A stretch of DNA of 64,000 bases from Candidatus Latescibacterota bacterium. GTDB taxonomy: Bacteria; Latescibacterota; UBA2968; GCA-2709665. The notes under the pieces were generated by a model. It saw nothing but the letters and a program-made list of their open reading frames with translations, searched no databases and was not told the origin of the DNA. Location of the stretch: contig CBDCOX010000002.1 of assembly GCA_965219995.1 (NCBI GenBank), positions 192,001 through 256,000 of the forward strand, written 5' to 3'. The position numbers and the translations under genes are program-made. Below are positions 49,293 to 59,018 of this stretch, piece by piece. The stretch's first letter is position 1. Each line of letters begins with the position of its first letter.

Positions 49293-50882
49293 ATGGATCT
49301 GGTGATTTCGGGCGGTACGGTAGTTGACGGTACCGGCGCCGCTCCCGTCCCGGGAGACGTGGCCGTGGCCGACGGCCGGATCGTCGGCGTCGGACGTTTC
49401 CCCTTGCCGGAGGGAGTGCCCTGCGTCGACGCGGCAGGTTGCTACGTAACGCCCGGGTTTATCGATATACACAGTCATTCCGATTTCACGCTGGTCGTGG
49501 ATCCGCGAGCGGTGAGTTCGGTCACGCAGGGCGTGACGCTCGAGGTGGTGGGGAACTGCGGGCACGGTTGCGCGCCCATCATGGACCCGGAGCGCGCCCG
49601 TGCGAACATCTACGGGTGCAGGACCGGTCACGAAATTCAATGGCGCACCGTCGGCGAATACCTGGACGTCCTGGAAGCGCGGCGCCCGGCTGTAAACGTC
49701 GTGACGCTGGTGCCCAACGGAAATCTGAGACTGGCGGTCTGCGACGCGGTGGATCGCCCGTCCACGCCGGATGAACTCGCCACAATGAGACGGATGCTGG
49801 CGCAGGGGATGGAGGAAGGCGCCGCGGGGTATTCCACGGGTCTGGAATACGGCGCCGAGCGGGACTGTCCCGAGAGAGAGATCGCCGACCTGTGCGCGGT
49901 CGCGGCGGAATACGGCGGGATCTACGCAACCCATACCCGCAACCGGATGGGCGAGGCGGAGGAGGCCGTCGAGGAAGCGATCCGTACCGCCGAAACGGCG
50001 GGCGCGCCCCTCCAGATTTCCCACATTTCATCCGTCGCGCGGCTAGCGGACGACGGCGGATGGGCGGTCAATCGGGCACTTGAACAGGTCGACAGTGCGC
50101 GCAGCAGCGGCCTGGACGTGCAGTTCGACATGCACACGCGGCTCTTCGGGACAACCAATCTGAGCGCCGCGCTGCCGTCGTGGGCGCTGGAGGGACATGA
50201 GTGCGACATTGCGCGGCGCCTGCGCGAACCATCCGTTCGGCGGGAGATGGAAGACTGTCAGAGTATCGTCTCCGCGCTGGCGCGCGGAGACTGGGGGCGG
50301 ATCGTCGTCTTCCACTCGCCCGTGCAGCCGGAGCTTGCGGGGAAGAGCATCGCCGAACTTTCCGCCGCCGGAACCGGCAATGCCTTCGACACCATCTGCG
50401 ACGTCCTGGTTGCGGCAGGCGACCGGCTGCACGAAATCATGGTGATCGCGTTCAGCTATCGGGAGGCGGACGTCCGGCCGGCATTCGAACACCCGTTCTG
50501 TATGGTCGGATCCGACGCGACCGCGCTGGCCACCGACGGACCATTGAGAGAAGACACGTTCCACGGCGCCTACACATGGGCATCCTGGTTCTTCCGTCAT
50601 TTCGTACGGGACCGGAAGCTGCTCAGCCCGCAGGAAGCCGTGCGCCGGTTGACGGCGCTGCCGGCCGCCCGGCTGGGGATCGGTGACCGGGGCGTGATTT
50701 GCGAGGGCGCGCGGGCGGATCTGGCCGTTTTCGATCCGGATGGTTTTTCCGAGCGCGGGACCACGTTCGAACCCAACCGCACGGCCGTGGGCATGCGCCA
50801 CGTACTGGTAAACGGCGGCTTCGCGGTGAAGGAAGGCGCCCTTACGGGTCAACGGCACGGCCGGGTATTGCGACACGAATGA
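49293..50882 (+). CDS. N-acyl-D-amino-acid deacylase (amidohydrolase)
   Basis: PGFIDIHSHSD, GVT..VVGNCG, STGLEY, HTR, ISH, GSDA, ADLAVFD. Confidence 0.9.
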   Translation: MDLVISGGTVVDGTGAAPVPGDVAVADGRIVGVGRFPLPEGVPCVDAAGCYVTPGFIDIHSHSDFTLVVDPRAVSSVTQGVTLEVVGNCGHGCAPIMDPERARANIYGCRTGHEIQWRTVGEYLDVLEARRPAVNVVTLVPNGNLRLAVCDAVDRPSTPDELATMRRMLAQGMEEGAAGYSTGLEYGAERDCPEREIADLCAVAAEYGGIYATHTRNRMGEAEEAVEEAIRTAETAGAPLQISHISSVARLADDGGWAVNRALEQVDSARSSGLDVQFDMHTRLFGTTNLSAALPSWALEGHECDIARRLREPSVRREMEDCQSIVSALARGDWGRIVVFHSPVQPELAGKSIAELSAAGTGNAFDTICDVLVAAGDRLHEIMVIAFSYREADVRPAFEHPFCMVGSDATALATDGPLREDTFHGAYTWASWFFRHFVRDRKLLSPQEAVRRLTALPAARLGIGDRGVICEGARADLAVFDPDGFSERGTTFEPNRTAVGMRHVLVNGGFAVKEGALTGQRHGRVLRHE

Positions 50883-50935
50883 CGGCCTGTGTGCCAGTTT
50901 GTCTGTTCACGGTCATTCAGGCGTGGAGAGGATAC

Positions 50936-51937
50936 ATGGAACGGGACCTGCAGTCAGTACGCATCGTCTGGAGATGCAGCGGCGATCATCCGGTCATCGC
51001 GCCGGGACAGTTGCACGCGGATATGGATAGTCGGCGCGCCGGCGCGGCACACGTCATACAGGTCGGGGACCGGTACCGGATGTATTACTGGGGTACCGGT
51101 ACAGACGGACACCATCGAATTCTGATTGCCGAGAGCCCCGTGGATGCGCCCAACGAATGGCAGCCGGCAGGCGTGGCGCTCATCCGGCAGCCGGACACGG
51201 AATACAACGACCAGGGGCCGGGGTTTCCGTTTGTGGTTCCGAGAAACGACGGCCCATGGCTCCTGTACTTTTGCGGTTGGGGGAAACCCAGGGAGGACGG
51301 CAAACTGCCGAATACAACGGGCGTGGCAGTCAGCGACGACGGCGGATACAGGTTCGATACCCCGAAGCGGGAACCCGTTCTGCCATTGGACCGGGACTGG
51401 GACCGGGAGGGCACCGGAAGCGTATGTGTCTTGCGCGTCAATGGCCGTTACCGCATGTATTATACGTCGATCGGTGTCTATTTCGATCGGCCCGAGGGCG
51501 CCATAACGGGCCACGGAGACGTGATTCCACGCATCGGCGTTGCGTACGCAACGTCGCCGGACGGGATCGTGTGGACCAAACCCACAAATGGTCTGATGGT
51601 CAGACCAAGAGGCTTCGACACCGAACCCTACGAATACATCTGTTCGAAGCCCTTCGTCTTACGGGAAGGCGGGGGCTACCGGATGTGGGTGAATACGTTC
51701 GGCACGGCCTATCGGATCAGGAGTCTGGTCGGAACGGACGGCATGGAGTGGCGCTGGTGCGACAGCGGACCCGACGGTGAACTGGGGGTGGGCAGGCCGG
51801 GCGCGTTCGACGACAGACAGCGGTGCTACGTCAGCGTCGTCCGATGCGGAGACGAGTACCGGTGCTGGTATACCGGAAACGGGTTCGGCGTCACGGGGAT
51901 GGGTTACGCGGTGGGGGTGGTTGAAGACGAGCGATGA
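50936..51937 (+). CDS. Hypothetical beta-propeller glycoside hydrolase-like protein
   Basis: Repeated YRMYY/YRMWV/YRCWY strands and SDDG/SPDG/TDG turns. Confidence 0.7.
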   Translation: MERDLQSVRIVWRCSGDHPVIAPGQLHADMDSRRAGAAHVIQVGDRYRMYYWGTGTDGHHRILIAESPVDAPNEWQPAGVALIRQPDTEYNDQGPGFPFVVPRNDGPWLLYFCGWGKPREDGKLPNTTGVAVSDDGGYRFDTPKREPVLPLDRDWDREGTGSVCVLRVNGRYRMYYTSIGVYFDRPEGAITGHGDVIPRIGVAYATSPDGIVWTKPTNGLMVRPRGFDTEPYEYICSKPFVLREGGGYRMWVNTFGTAYRIRSLVGTDGMEWRWCDSGPDGELGVGRPGAFDDRQRCYVSVVRCGDEYRCWYTGNGFGVTGMGYAVGVVEDER

Positions 51938-52035
51938 ACGGGAATCGTTCGATGCGGTCCCGGCGCGGAATCTTCAACCGCCGGGATCGGCGGCAGGGGA
52001 TTCTTGTCCAATGTTGACGATCGGGAGTCAGGCGC

Positions 52036-52758
52036 ATGAAACTGGAAGAGTCGAAAGTGCGGCAGTATGAGAACGAAGGATATACCGCGGTTGAAGGGCT
52101 GATTTCCACCGCCGAGGCCGCCGCGGTGCGAAAGCGGCTGATGGAATTGATGGACGGAGAGCATGACTGGCCGGACCTGCATTTTCAGGTCCTGGATCCC
52201 GCGAAGTTCCGCAATTCGAAGGATAAATTCGTACCGATCGGCGTCCAGAGGCCCGCCAGGCAGGAGGCCGTATTCCGGGAGGTTGCGGACCACGCCAATC
52301 TGAGGCGGGCGATGTCGCAGCTGCTGGGCGGGCCGGTGAAGCGATTTACGGATCAGGCGCTCATCAAGAACCGCGAGATCGACGGCCAGTCGTTCTATCA
52401 CCAGGACTCCTACTACTGGAAGATCGAGCCGAAGCGGGGGTGCAATGCCTGGATCGCGCTGGATGAGGTGGGGACGGACGCCAGCGCGCTGGGCATCCTG
52501 CCCGGGTCCCACGCGGACTGGACGCTGACCGCCCACGAACGCTATTACGATGAGCCCAATTACTACGCCGCGCGGACCGGCGAAGCGTTCACCCGCTGGC
52601 GGATTCCGACAGAGGGTGTCGACCTGTCCCGCGAAGTCGTACTGCCGATGCGGCCCGGAGACGCGGCTTTTTTCTCCAATTATACGTGGCACCGGTCGGA
52701 GGTGAACCGGTCGGGCGAGCACAAGACGGCCTACGCGATCGCGTACCAGTTGCGGTAG
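52036..52758 (+). CDS. Phytanoyl-CoA dioxygenase (PhyH) family Fe/2OG oxygenase
   Basis: Y..EGY, HQD, WIALD, PGSH, PGDA.FF, WHRS..NRS. Confidence 0.9.
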   Translation: MKLEESKVRQYENEGYTAVEGLISTAEAAAVRKRLMELMDGEHDWPDLHFQVLDPAKFRNSKDKFVPIGVQRPARQEAVFREVADHANLRRAMSQLLGGPVKRFTDQALIKNREIDGQSFYHQDSYYWKIEPKRGCNAWIALDEVGTDASALGILPGSHADWTLTAHERYYDEPNYYAARTGEAFTRWRIPTEGVDLSREVVLPMRPGDAAFFSNYTWHRSEVNRSGEHKTAYAIAYQLR

Positions 52759-52835
52759 ATCCCCACCGGCGGCGATGTGAGCGGCAAGTCCGGTGTACGC
52801 GCGGTTGCGTCGTCGAATGCTGAGAGAGGATCCGG

Positions 52836-54293
52836 ATGGTACGAAGAACGGAACGCGCGCCGACCTCCCGCGTGCGCTTTGGCTTTGCGCGGGTGGATAT
52901 AACGCCCCCGGTGGGGATCTACCATCGGATGTGGGGTGCGGCCCGGCACGACAGGTCGACGGGGGTTCATAGCCCCATTCTGGCCGACGTGCTGGCGTTC
53001 GGGTCGGTGGACGCGACGGGGGAAATCGCGCTGGTTCGGGCGCATCTGGACCTGGTCGGCCTGGTCGCCCAACAGTATGCGGCGCTCGTGAAGGCTCTCT
53101 GCGACGCCGCTGGGGTAGGGCCGGATCGCGCGGACGTGACGTTCTCGCACACCCATGCCTCGGGATGGTACGCACCGGATCGATTCGGCATGCCGGGTGG
53201 CGAACTGATACAACCGTTTCTGAAGGATGTCGGAGAGAAGCTCGCACGGGCCTGTACGAACGCGGTGGCGGGGATGCGGGAGGTGCTGATCACCTACGCG
53301 GACGGGCACTGCAGTATGGCGGCAGACCGGGATTACCGGGACGACGTGTTCGGCGGATACGTGTGCGGGTACAATCCGGAAGGAGACGGCGACGACACAT
53401 TGCTGGTGGGCAGGATCTGCGACGAGGAGGGGACGCCGGTGACAACGGTGGTGAATTACGGATGCCACCCGACGACGCTCGCCTGGGAAAATTCCCTGAT
53501 CAGCCCGGATTACGTGGGTGCGATGCGGGAGGAAGTCGAGAGGGTGACCGGTGCGCCGTGCACGTTCGCGCTGGCGCCCTGTGGAGACCTGGGACCGAAA
53601 CAGGGGTTTGTCGGAGACCTCGCGGCGGCCGAGAAGAACGGCCGGCAGCTCGGTTTTGCGGCGCTGTCCGTCCTGATGTCGATGGGCCCGCCGGGTATGG
53701 ACTTCGAATACCGGGGGCCCGTGATCTCGGGCGCCACGCTGGGCACGTGGGCGCATTCGGCATTCGGTCGGGAGCGTTTGCGGGCGGCTTCTCTCGTCAC
53801 CGGCGGCGTCTGGTCCGTGGACCTGCCGATGGTGGAGCGGCCCGACCGGGAAACGCTCCGGGAAGACGTGGCGCGGTGGACCGAGGCCCAGCGGGCCGCT
53901 GACGAGGACGGGGATGACCTGAAAGCCCGGTCCTGCGGCGCCCGGGCCGAACGGGCCCGGCGCTGGCTCGCGCGGGTCGCAAACCTGCCGCCTGGCGAGT
54001 CGTATCCCTATCGATTTTCGGTAACCCGAATGGGAGACGCGATCTGGGTGACCTGCGGCGGGGAACCGTACAGCGATCTTCAGGTCGCGTTGCGCCGGCG
54101 GTTTCCCGGGTTCTCGATTCTGGTTTCCCCGCTGGCGGGCAACGTACAGGTCGCTTACCTGCTGAGGAGAGACGCGTACGGCAAGGGATTGTACCAGGAG
54201 GAGCCGTCGAGTCTCGCGCCGGGCTGCCTCGAAATCCTGACCGAGGCCATCGCGGAACGAATCGAAAAACTCGTTGCTTTGGAAGCTTCTTGA
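52836..54293 (+). CDS. Neutral/alkaline ceramidase-like amidase
   Basis: RVDITPP, SHTHAS, NYGCHPT, ISPDYVG, CGDLGP, GEPY. Confidence 0.7.
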   Translation: MVRRTERAPTSRVRFGFARVDITPPVGIYHRMWGAARHDRSTGVHSPILADVLAFGSVDATGEIALVRAHLDLVGLVAQQYAALVKALCDAAGVGPDRADVTFSHTHASGWYAPDRFGMPGGELIQPFLKDVGEKLARACTNAVAGMREVLITYADGHCSMAADRDYRDDVFGGYVCGYNPEGDGDDTLLVGRICDEEGTPVTTVVNYGCHPTTLAWENSLISPDYVGAMREEVERVTGAPCTFALAPCGDLGPKQGFVGDLAAAEKNGRQLGFAALSVLMSMGPPGMDFEYRGPVISGATLGTWAHSAFGRERLRAASLVTGGVWSVDLPMVERPDRETLREDVARWTEAQRAADEDGDDLKARSCGARAERARRWLARVANLPPGESYPYRFSVTRMGDAIWVTCGGEPYSDLQVALRRRFPGFSILVSPLAGNVQVAYLLRRDAYGKGLYQEEPSSLAPGCLEILTEAIAERIEKLVALEAS

Positions 54294-54307
54294 GTGGAGA
54301 CGTCGAC

Positions 54308-55192
54308 ATGGCGGAATTGAAATACGATGGCGGCGCCGATACGTATCGGTTCGAGACGGAAGCGATGACGGGTGAGATCCGCGCGTCGGGAAACTACCAC
54401 GGGGTGTGGACGCTTACGGACAAAGCCACGGGCAGACAGGTGATCCATCCGGAATATTCGGCACTGAACCTGTTCCGGCTGTTCGCGGTTCACCAGGGCC
54501 TGGACCAGCCGCGCCTTATGGACCGCACGATCGAAGCCGTGGACAAAGCCTTGGAAGTGCATTGGCCCGTTACCGAAACACACCAGGGCGCGCTGACTGC
54601 ACGGTACGAAGTGAACGAGCCCAACGTTGTCGATCTGACGGTGACGGTGAGTTGCGAAGGGACCTACGCGGGATATGAACTCTTCCTTTCCAACTATTTC
54701 CACAAGACACTGCGGCCGCACGTCTATCTCCACGGAAGCCGGTACGGCCGGGCGAGCACGGCGCCGGAGCTTGTCGTTCCCATGGTCAACGACGTCTTTC
54801 GCGGAACCGTCGTCGTATTTCCGCGGGACCCGCACGGAGCCCGGCGATGCGTGGACGGGCGGTGGAACCGTAGTGAGGGTAACTCGCCCACGGTGCAGAT
54901 GTGCCCGGTGCGGTATTATGGGTATCCGTTCTCCTTCCTGACGGACACCGCGAACCGGCTGGGCGTTGTGCTGATGTCCACGGTAGCGGACTGCTATGCC
55001 ATCAGTACGCGTTACCACGTGAACGACGAAGCCGATCGCATGACGGATTACAGCGCGTTCGACTTTTCGCTGTTCGGCGACGACCTGGTGCCCGGCAGCC
55101 GACGCACGGTCCGGATGCGGCTGGTATTGACAGAGCTCGATGAAGACATGTCCCAGCCTCTGGCGCACTATCGGGCGTTTGCAGGGGTTTGA
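54308..55192 (+). CDS. Hypothetical protein (beta-rich)
   Basis: Co-oriented ORF filling the gap, GGAGA RBS, plausible composition, no recognised motif. Confidence 0.65.
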   Translation: MAELKYDGGADTYRFETEAMTGEIRASGNYHGVWTLTDKATGRQVIHPEYSALNLFRLFAVHQGLDQPRLMDRTIEAVDKALEVHWPVTETHQGALTARYEVNEPNVVDLTVTVSCEGTYAGYELFLSNYFHKTLRPHVYLHGSRYGRASTAPELVVPMVNDVFRGTVVVFPRDPHGARRCVDGRWNRSEGNSPTVQMCPVRYYGYPFSFLTDTANRLGVVLMSTVADCYAISTRYHVNDEADRMTDYSAFDFSLFGDDLVPGSRRTVRMRLVLTELDEDMSQPLAHYRAFAGV

Positions 55193-55200
55193 CGGCGCCC

Positions 55201-55209
55201 TGCTATAAT
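55201..55209 (+). promoter_or_regulatory. Extended -10 promoter for the NHL-TlpA-barrel-methyltransferase operon
   Basis: TGCTATAAT, a perfect TGnTATAAT. Confidence 0.55.
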
Positions 55210-55327
55210 GGCATTCAGGGCGCGGTTCGCCGTTGGGTCCCGAGTACAGGCCCCAATGCGCGGAATTCAGGGTACCGAATCGATTTCGGGGTTGAATCGC
55301 GGACGGCTTGTACCTATTTTTACACAG

Positions 55328-56521
55328 ATGAAATTACTGAAACAGTTGTGGGTTCGGCTCGTGTTGGTGGTCGGGGCTTCCGCGGCCGTGGCGGCCTGCG
55401 GAAAGACGCCACCCACCGTGGACGATGATTTATACGAAGAGTATCCAGGGTTGCCCTACGGGATCATGATCACCCTCGCCGGCACCGGAGATCCGGGCAG
55501 AAGTGCCGCGGGATCGGGTCCTCTTGATACGAACCTGTATTTCCCCCAGGACGTGGCCGTCGGACCCGGCGGCCGAACGTACATTCTGGACTGGAACAAC
55601 AATCGGGTTGTTGTGATCGACAACGGAATCGCCCGGCCGCTCATCGGTAACGGCGAGCCGGGCAAGGCGCTTGCAGGCCCCGCGCTGGAGACGGGGGTCG
55701 ATCACCCGACCCATATTTCTTTCGATCTCCAGGGGCGGCTGGTTCTGTCGGCGTGGCAGAATTCCACGATTCTGAGATACGACGCGACCTCGGGTCGCGT
55801 CGAACCGATTGCCGGGCGTGGAGACCGCGGGTTCGGGGGTGACGGCGGGCCCGCTCTCGAGGCTTCGCTGAACCTGCCGAGTTCCACGGTATTCGACCCG
55901 GCCGGTCGTATGTATATCTCGGACCAGGGCAACCTTCGCATAAGAATGGTGGATCTCAACGGTGTGATCTCCACCGTTGCGGGCACCGGACGGGAGGGGT
56001 TTTCCGGGGACGGCGGTCCGGCAGTCCTGGCCGACCTCTATGCGCCCACGGGAGACGCCGCGCAGCCGGGGGGCCGGATAGCGATGGATGGCCGGGGCAA
56101 CCTCTACATCGCCGATACGTTCAACAACCGCATCCGCATGGTGGACGCCACGGGCAGGATCAGTACGGTGGCCGGCGGCGGCAGCATCGGCCCCACAGCC
56201 GGAACGTATTCCGGAGACAGCGGCCCGGCGACTCAGGCCAGCCTTTCCCGCCCCAGCGACGTGGCCGTCGACGCGGAGGGAAATCTGTATATTGCCGATA
56301 CCGGCAACCACTGTATCCGGAAGGTGGATACGGAGGGGGTCATTACCACGCTTGCCGGGAGGTGCGGCGAGCCGGGTTTCAAGGGCGACAGCGACCATCC
56401 CCGGTGGGGCAAGCTCCGGAGTCCGTTCGGGGTCGCGCTCGATCAGGAAGAGAATCTGTACATCGCCGACACGTTCAACCATCGCATCCGCGTGGTGTAC
56501 AAGCACGTCGCCGAAAGATGA
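55328..56521 (+). CDS. NHL-repeat (teneurin-like) beta-propeller lipoprotein
   Basis: Lipobox VAAC; repeated GFSGDGGPA...L..P..VA.D..GNLYIADT.N.RIR units. Confidence 0.9.
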   Translation: MKLLKQLWVRLVLVVGASAAVAACGKTPPTVDDDLYEEYPGLPYGIMITLAGTGDPGRSAAGSGPLDTNLYFPQDVAVGPGGRTYILDWNNNRVVVIDNGIARPLIGNGEPGKALAGPALETGVDHPTHISFDLQGRLVLSAWQNSTILRYDATSGRVEPIAGRGDRGFGGDGGPALEASLNLPSSTVFDPAGRMYISDQGNLRIRMVDLNGVISTVAGTGREGFSGDGGPAVLADLYAPTGDAAQPGGRIAMDGRGNLYIADTFNNRIRMVDATGRISTVAGGGSIGPTAGTYSGDSGPATQASLSRPSDVAVDAEGNLYIADTGNHCIRKVDTEGVITTLAGRCGEPGFKGDSDHPRWGKLRSPFGVALDQEENLYIADTFNHRIRVVYKHVAER

Positions 56522-56586
56522 TCCTTCGGGCATTCGCCCGCAGACAAAGCACAGGGGATCGAACGCGGCTCCCTGAGGGTTTGATA

Positions 56587-57087
56587 ATGGGTCGAATGCA
56601 ACGGCTCCGCATCACCGGTATCGTACTGACCGCGGGTCTGTTCATTTTTTCCGGTGATACCGCGGCCGCGGGGGATTTGCCCGACCCACTGCCCCGGGTG
56701 CAGGTCGTCACGCTCGAAGGAGATACGCTGAGTCTGACGGACGTCTGCAATGGGAAGACGTCCTTTGTCTATCTGTGGGCAACCTGGTGCAAGACATGCA
56801 AAAGGGAGTTGAAGCACGTCTACAGGTTGAGGAAGAAATACGGAGACAGGGTGCAGGTGTTCGGGATCGCGTGGAAGAACAGCGCGGAGGAAATACAGAC
56901 CTACTTCGCCGACAAGAAGGAATCGCTGCAAAGCTATATAGATTGGGATGGCCGGGTGTTCGATGCCTTCGAGACCCGATTGACGCCCACGGTTGTCATC
57001 GTAAACGCCCGGGGAGAGGTCCTTTTTTCGGGGTACGGTTCATTTCGAAAATACCGGAAGATTCTGGATAAGTCATTGAAGGGTTAG
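56587..57087 (+). CDS. TlpA-family thiol:disulfide oxidoreductase, exported
   Basis: Signal/anchor peptide, WATWCKTC, cis-Pro TPT. Confidence 0.9.
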   Translation: MGRMQRLRITGIVLTAGLFIFSGDTAAAGDLPDPLPRVQVVTLEGDTLSLTDVCNGKTSFVYLWATWCKTCKRELKHVYRLRKKYGDRVQVFGIAWKNSAEEIQTYFADKKESLQSYIDWDGRVFDAFETRLTPTVVIVNARGEVLFSGYGSFRKYRKILDKSLKG

Positions 57088-57101
57088 TCGCCGAAGGAGC
57101 C

Positions 57102-58082
57102 ATGACCATGAGACGCACGATACCTGGTTTCACGTTATTTCTGTTTGCGCATCTGGTTCTCGCAATCCAGCCCGTTCAGGCGCAGCCCGGCGTGAGCTGA
57201 CGCCGTCCCGTGCTCCCGGGCGGGAGAATGCTGCAGGGCAGTCTGATCACCAGGGACCTGCTGGTTCTGAGCGTGAATTACGAGTATGAGTACCTGGGCG
57301 ACGCAATGTACGGTACCGGGCCGATCCCCAACATCAACCAGGAAGTGACCAGCATGTCCACGGTATCCGTTTTTGCCAGTTACGGGGTCAAGGACTGGTT
57401 CGGCGCCGCCGTGGTTCTGCCGTTTCGTTCCATAACCAACGACAAAATCCTCCTTCCGGGTCAGTACGACAACCAGTATCAGGGCGGCAAGTACATACGG
57501 CATGCCGCGGGCCTCGGCGACGTCGTTCTGATGTTGAACTTTGCTCCTCCTCTGCCGGAATCATTGCCGGGCCTGCTCTTTTCTGCAGGCGTCAAACTCG
57601 CGAACGGGTCGACCCACGCGGTCGACGAATACGGCGAGCGCTTCGCCGACCTTCTGCAGGTGGGATCCGGAAGCATGGACCCCATTTTCTCCGTCAGTCT
57701 GTCGCGTGCATTCGACAGCCTGTTTTTCAACGGTATGCTGTTCACCCGCATCATTTCCCGCGAGAATGTTTACGGGTACAAATACGGGAACGAGTTTCAG
57801 GGCATCTTTTCGATGGATTATATGCACGGGGACAAGCTTGTTGCGGGTGTCAGCATGAATCACGTCTACACGTCGCGTGATTATTTCCAATATGGAAAGA
57901 TCGCCCGAAAACGCGGCGGGACATGGGTTTATCTCGCACCGAAGCTGGGCATACGGGCAACGGAGAGTCTGAGCCTCGAGGCCCGGCTGCCGCTACCGGT
58001 CTATCAGAAGGTGAACGAAAGCCAGTTGACGTCCGACTACCAGCTCCACGTGGGCGCCACGTATCACTTTTTCGCTCGTTAG
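57102..58082 (+). CDS. Outer-membrane beta-barrel 'transporter' family protein, candidate selenoprotein (UGA at codon 33)
   Basis: AAGGAG RBS, ATG 57102/57108, signal peptide ending VQA, then QPGVS-TGA(57198-57200)-RRPV in frame with ORF 57210-58082. Barrel motifs SYG, GLGD, GVKL, QVGSGSMD, GNE, PVYQ..N..QL and an aromatic C-terminus. Confidence 0.75.
57205..57239 (+). promoter_or_regulatory. SECIS-like hairpin
   Basis: CTCCC-GGGC-GGGAG (57213-57226), with the G-initial loop starting 18 nt after the TGA. Extended pairing CGT/ATG and GTCC/GGGC. Confidence 0.55.
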
Positions 58083-58097
58083 TGTCCGGAGGCTTCC

Positions 58098-58832
58098 GTG
58101 GCACCCAGAGAAACCGAGAAGATGTGGGCCGCTCTGGCGCCGTTCTACGACGTGATGTATCAGTGGAAGGATTACCGGGCCGAGTCGGAGCAAGTTCATC
58201 GGCTGATCCAGGCAAGGCGCGTGTCATCCGGCCGCTCCCTGCTGGACGTCGCGTGCGGGACCGGAGAACACACCCGGTTCTTGCGGGAACACTATGATGT
58301 TACCGGGCTCGATTTGAACCGGGAAATGTTGAAGGTGGCGCGAAACAAGAACCCGGGTATCCCGTTGCGCTGCGGCGACATGACCTCCTTCGACCTGAAG
58401 CGCCGCTTCGACGCCGTCGTCTGCCTGTTCAGTTCGATCGCCTACGTACGGACGTACCGGAACCTGAGGCGGTCGATCGCATGCTTTGAAAAACACCTGA
58501 AACCGGGCGGCGTCCTTGTGATCGAGCCCTTCTTCACGACCGGGACGTTTCTTCCGGGTTCGATCCACGGCGGCACCATGGAAGGAGAGGGCGTCAGAAT
58601 CTCCAGGCACAGCGTGAGCAGACGCCGCGGAAACCTGGCCGTTCTCGATTTCCATTTTCTCCTGTCCACAAAAAAGGGCGTACGATATTTCCACGACACC
58701 CACGAACTGGCCCTCTTCGACCCGTCGCGGTTCCTTGAAATCCTTTCGGACGCCGGGCTCCGCGCCCGGTATTGCGAGGATGGATTGACGCCGGGTCGAG
58801 GGCTGTACGTGTCGTTGAAAGCACTCCCGTAA
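58098..58832 (+). CDS. Class I SAM-dependent methyltransferase (TylM1/DesVI-like)
   Basis: YD..Y..KDY, LLDVACGTG, GDM, CLFSSIAY, HLKPGG..VIEP. Confidence 0.88.
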   Translation: MAPRETEKMWAALAPFYDVMYQWKDYRAESEQVHRLIQARRVSSGRSLLDVACGTGEHTRFLREHYDVTGLDLNREMLKVARNKNPGIPLRCGDMTSFDLKRRFDAVVCLFSSIAYVRTYRNLRRSIACFEKHLKPGGVLVIEPFFTTGTFLPGSIHGGTMEGEGVRISRHSVSRRRGNLAVLDFHFLLSTKKGVRYFHDTHELALFDPSRFLEILSDAGLRARYCEDGLTPGRGLYVSLKALP

Positions 58833-58892
58833 GCCTCCCCGCCAGGATCGTCGATGGGTCTGAAACCTTTGACCCCCGCAGCGTTTCCTCCT

Positions 58893-58920
58893 TTGACATC
58901 ATTCGGCCCTGCCGTATTAT
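58893..58920 (+). promoter_or_regulatory. Putative sigma70 promoter of the methylamine locus
   Basis: TTGACA-16 nt-TATTAT. Confidence 0.55.
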
Positions 58921-59018
58921 CTACCGACTACCCCCTGATGCATAGACGATTGAACGCGTAAGTGTGCGCAGCTCCCGGGTCCACGATTCTCCGAAGCTGA
59001 CGCCAGGAGTGACGGGTC

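Noticed and set aside
55800-56480. DNA-level repeats in the NHL gene as a CRISPR-like array
   Set aside because: They are degenerate in-frame protein repeats without a constant repeat-spacer structure, and no cas genes are present.
57210-58082. ORF-track start at GTG 57210
   Set aside because: No RBS and no signal peptide for an outer-membrane protein; the upstream in-frame ATG has both.
58921-59018. Possible riboswitch in the mgsC leader
   Set aside because: No recognisable glycine, THF, SAM or guanidine consensus.
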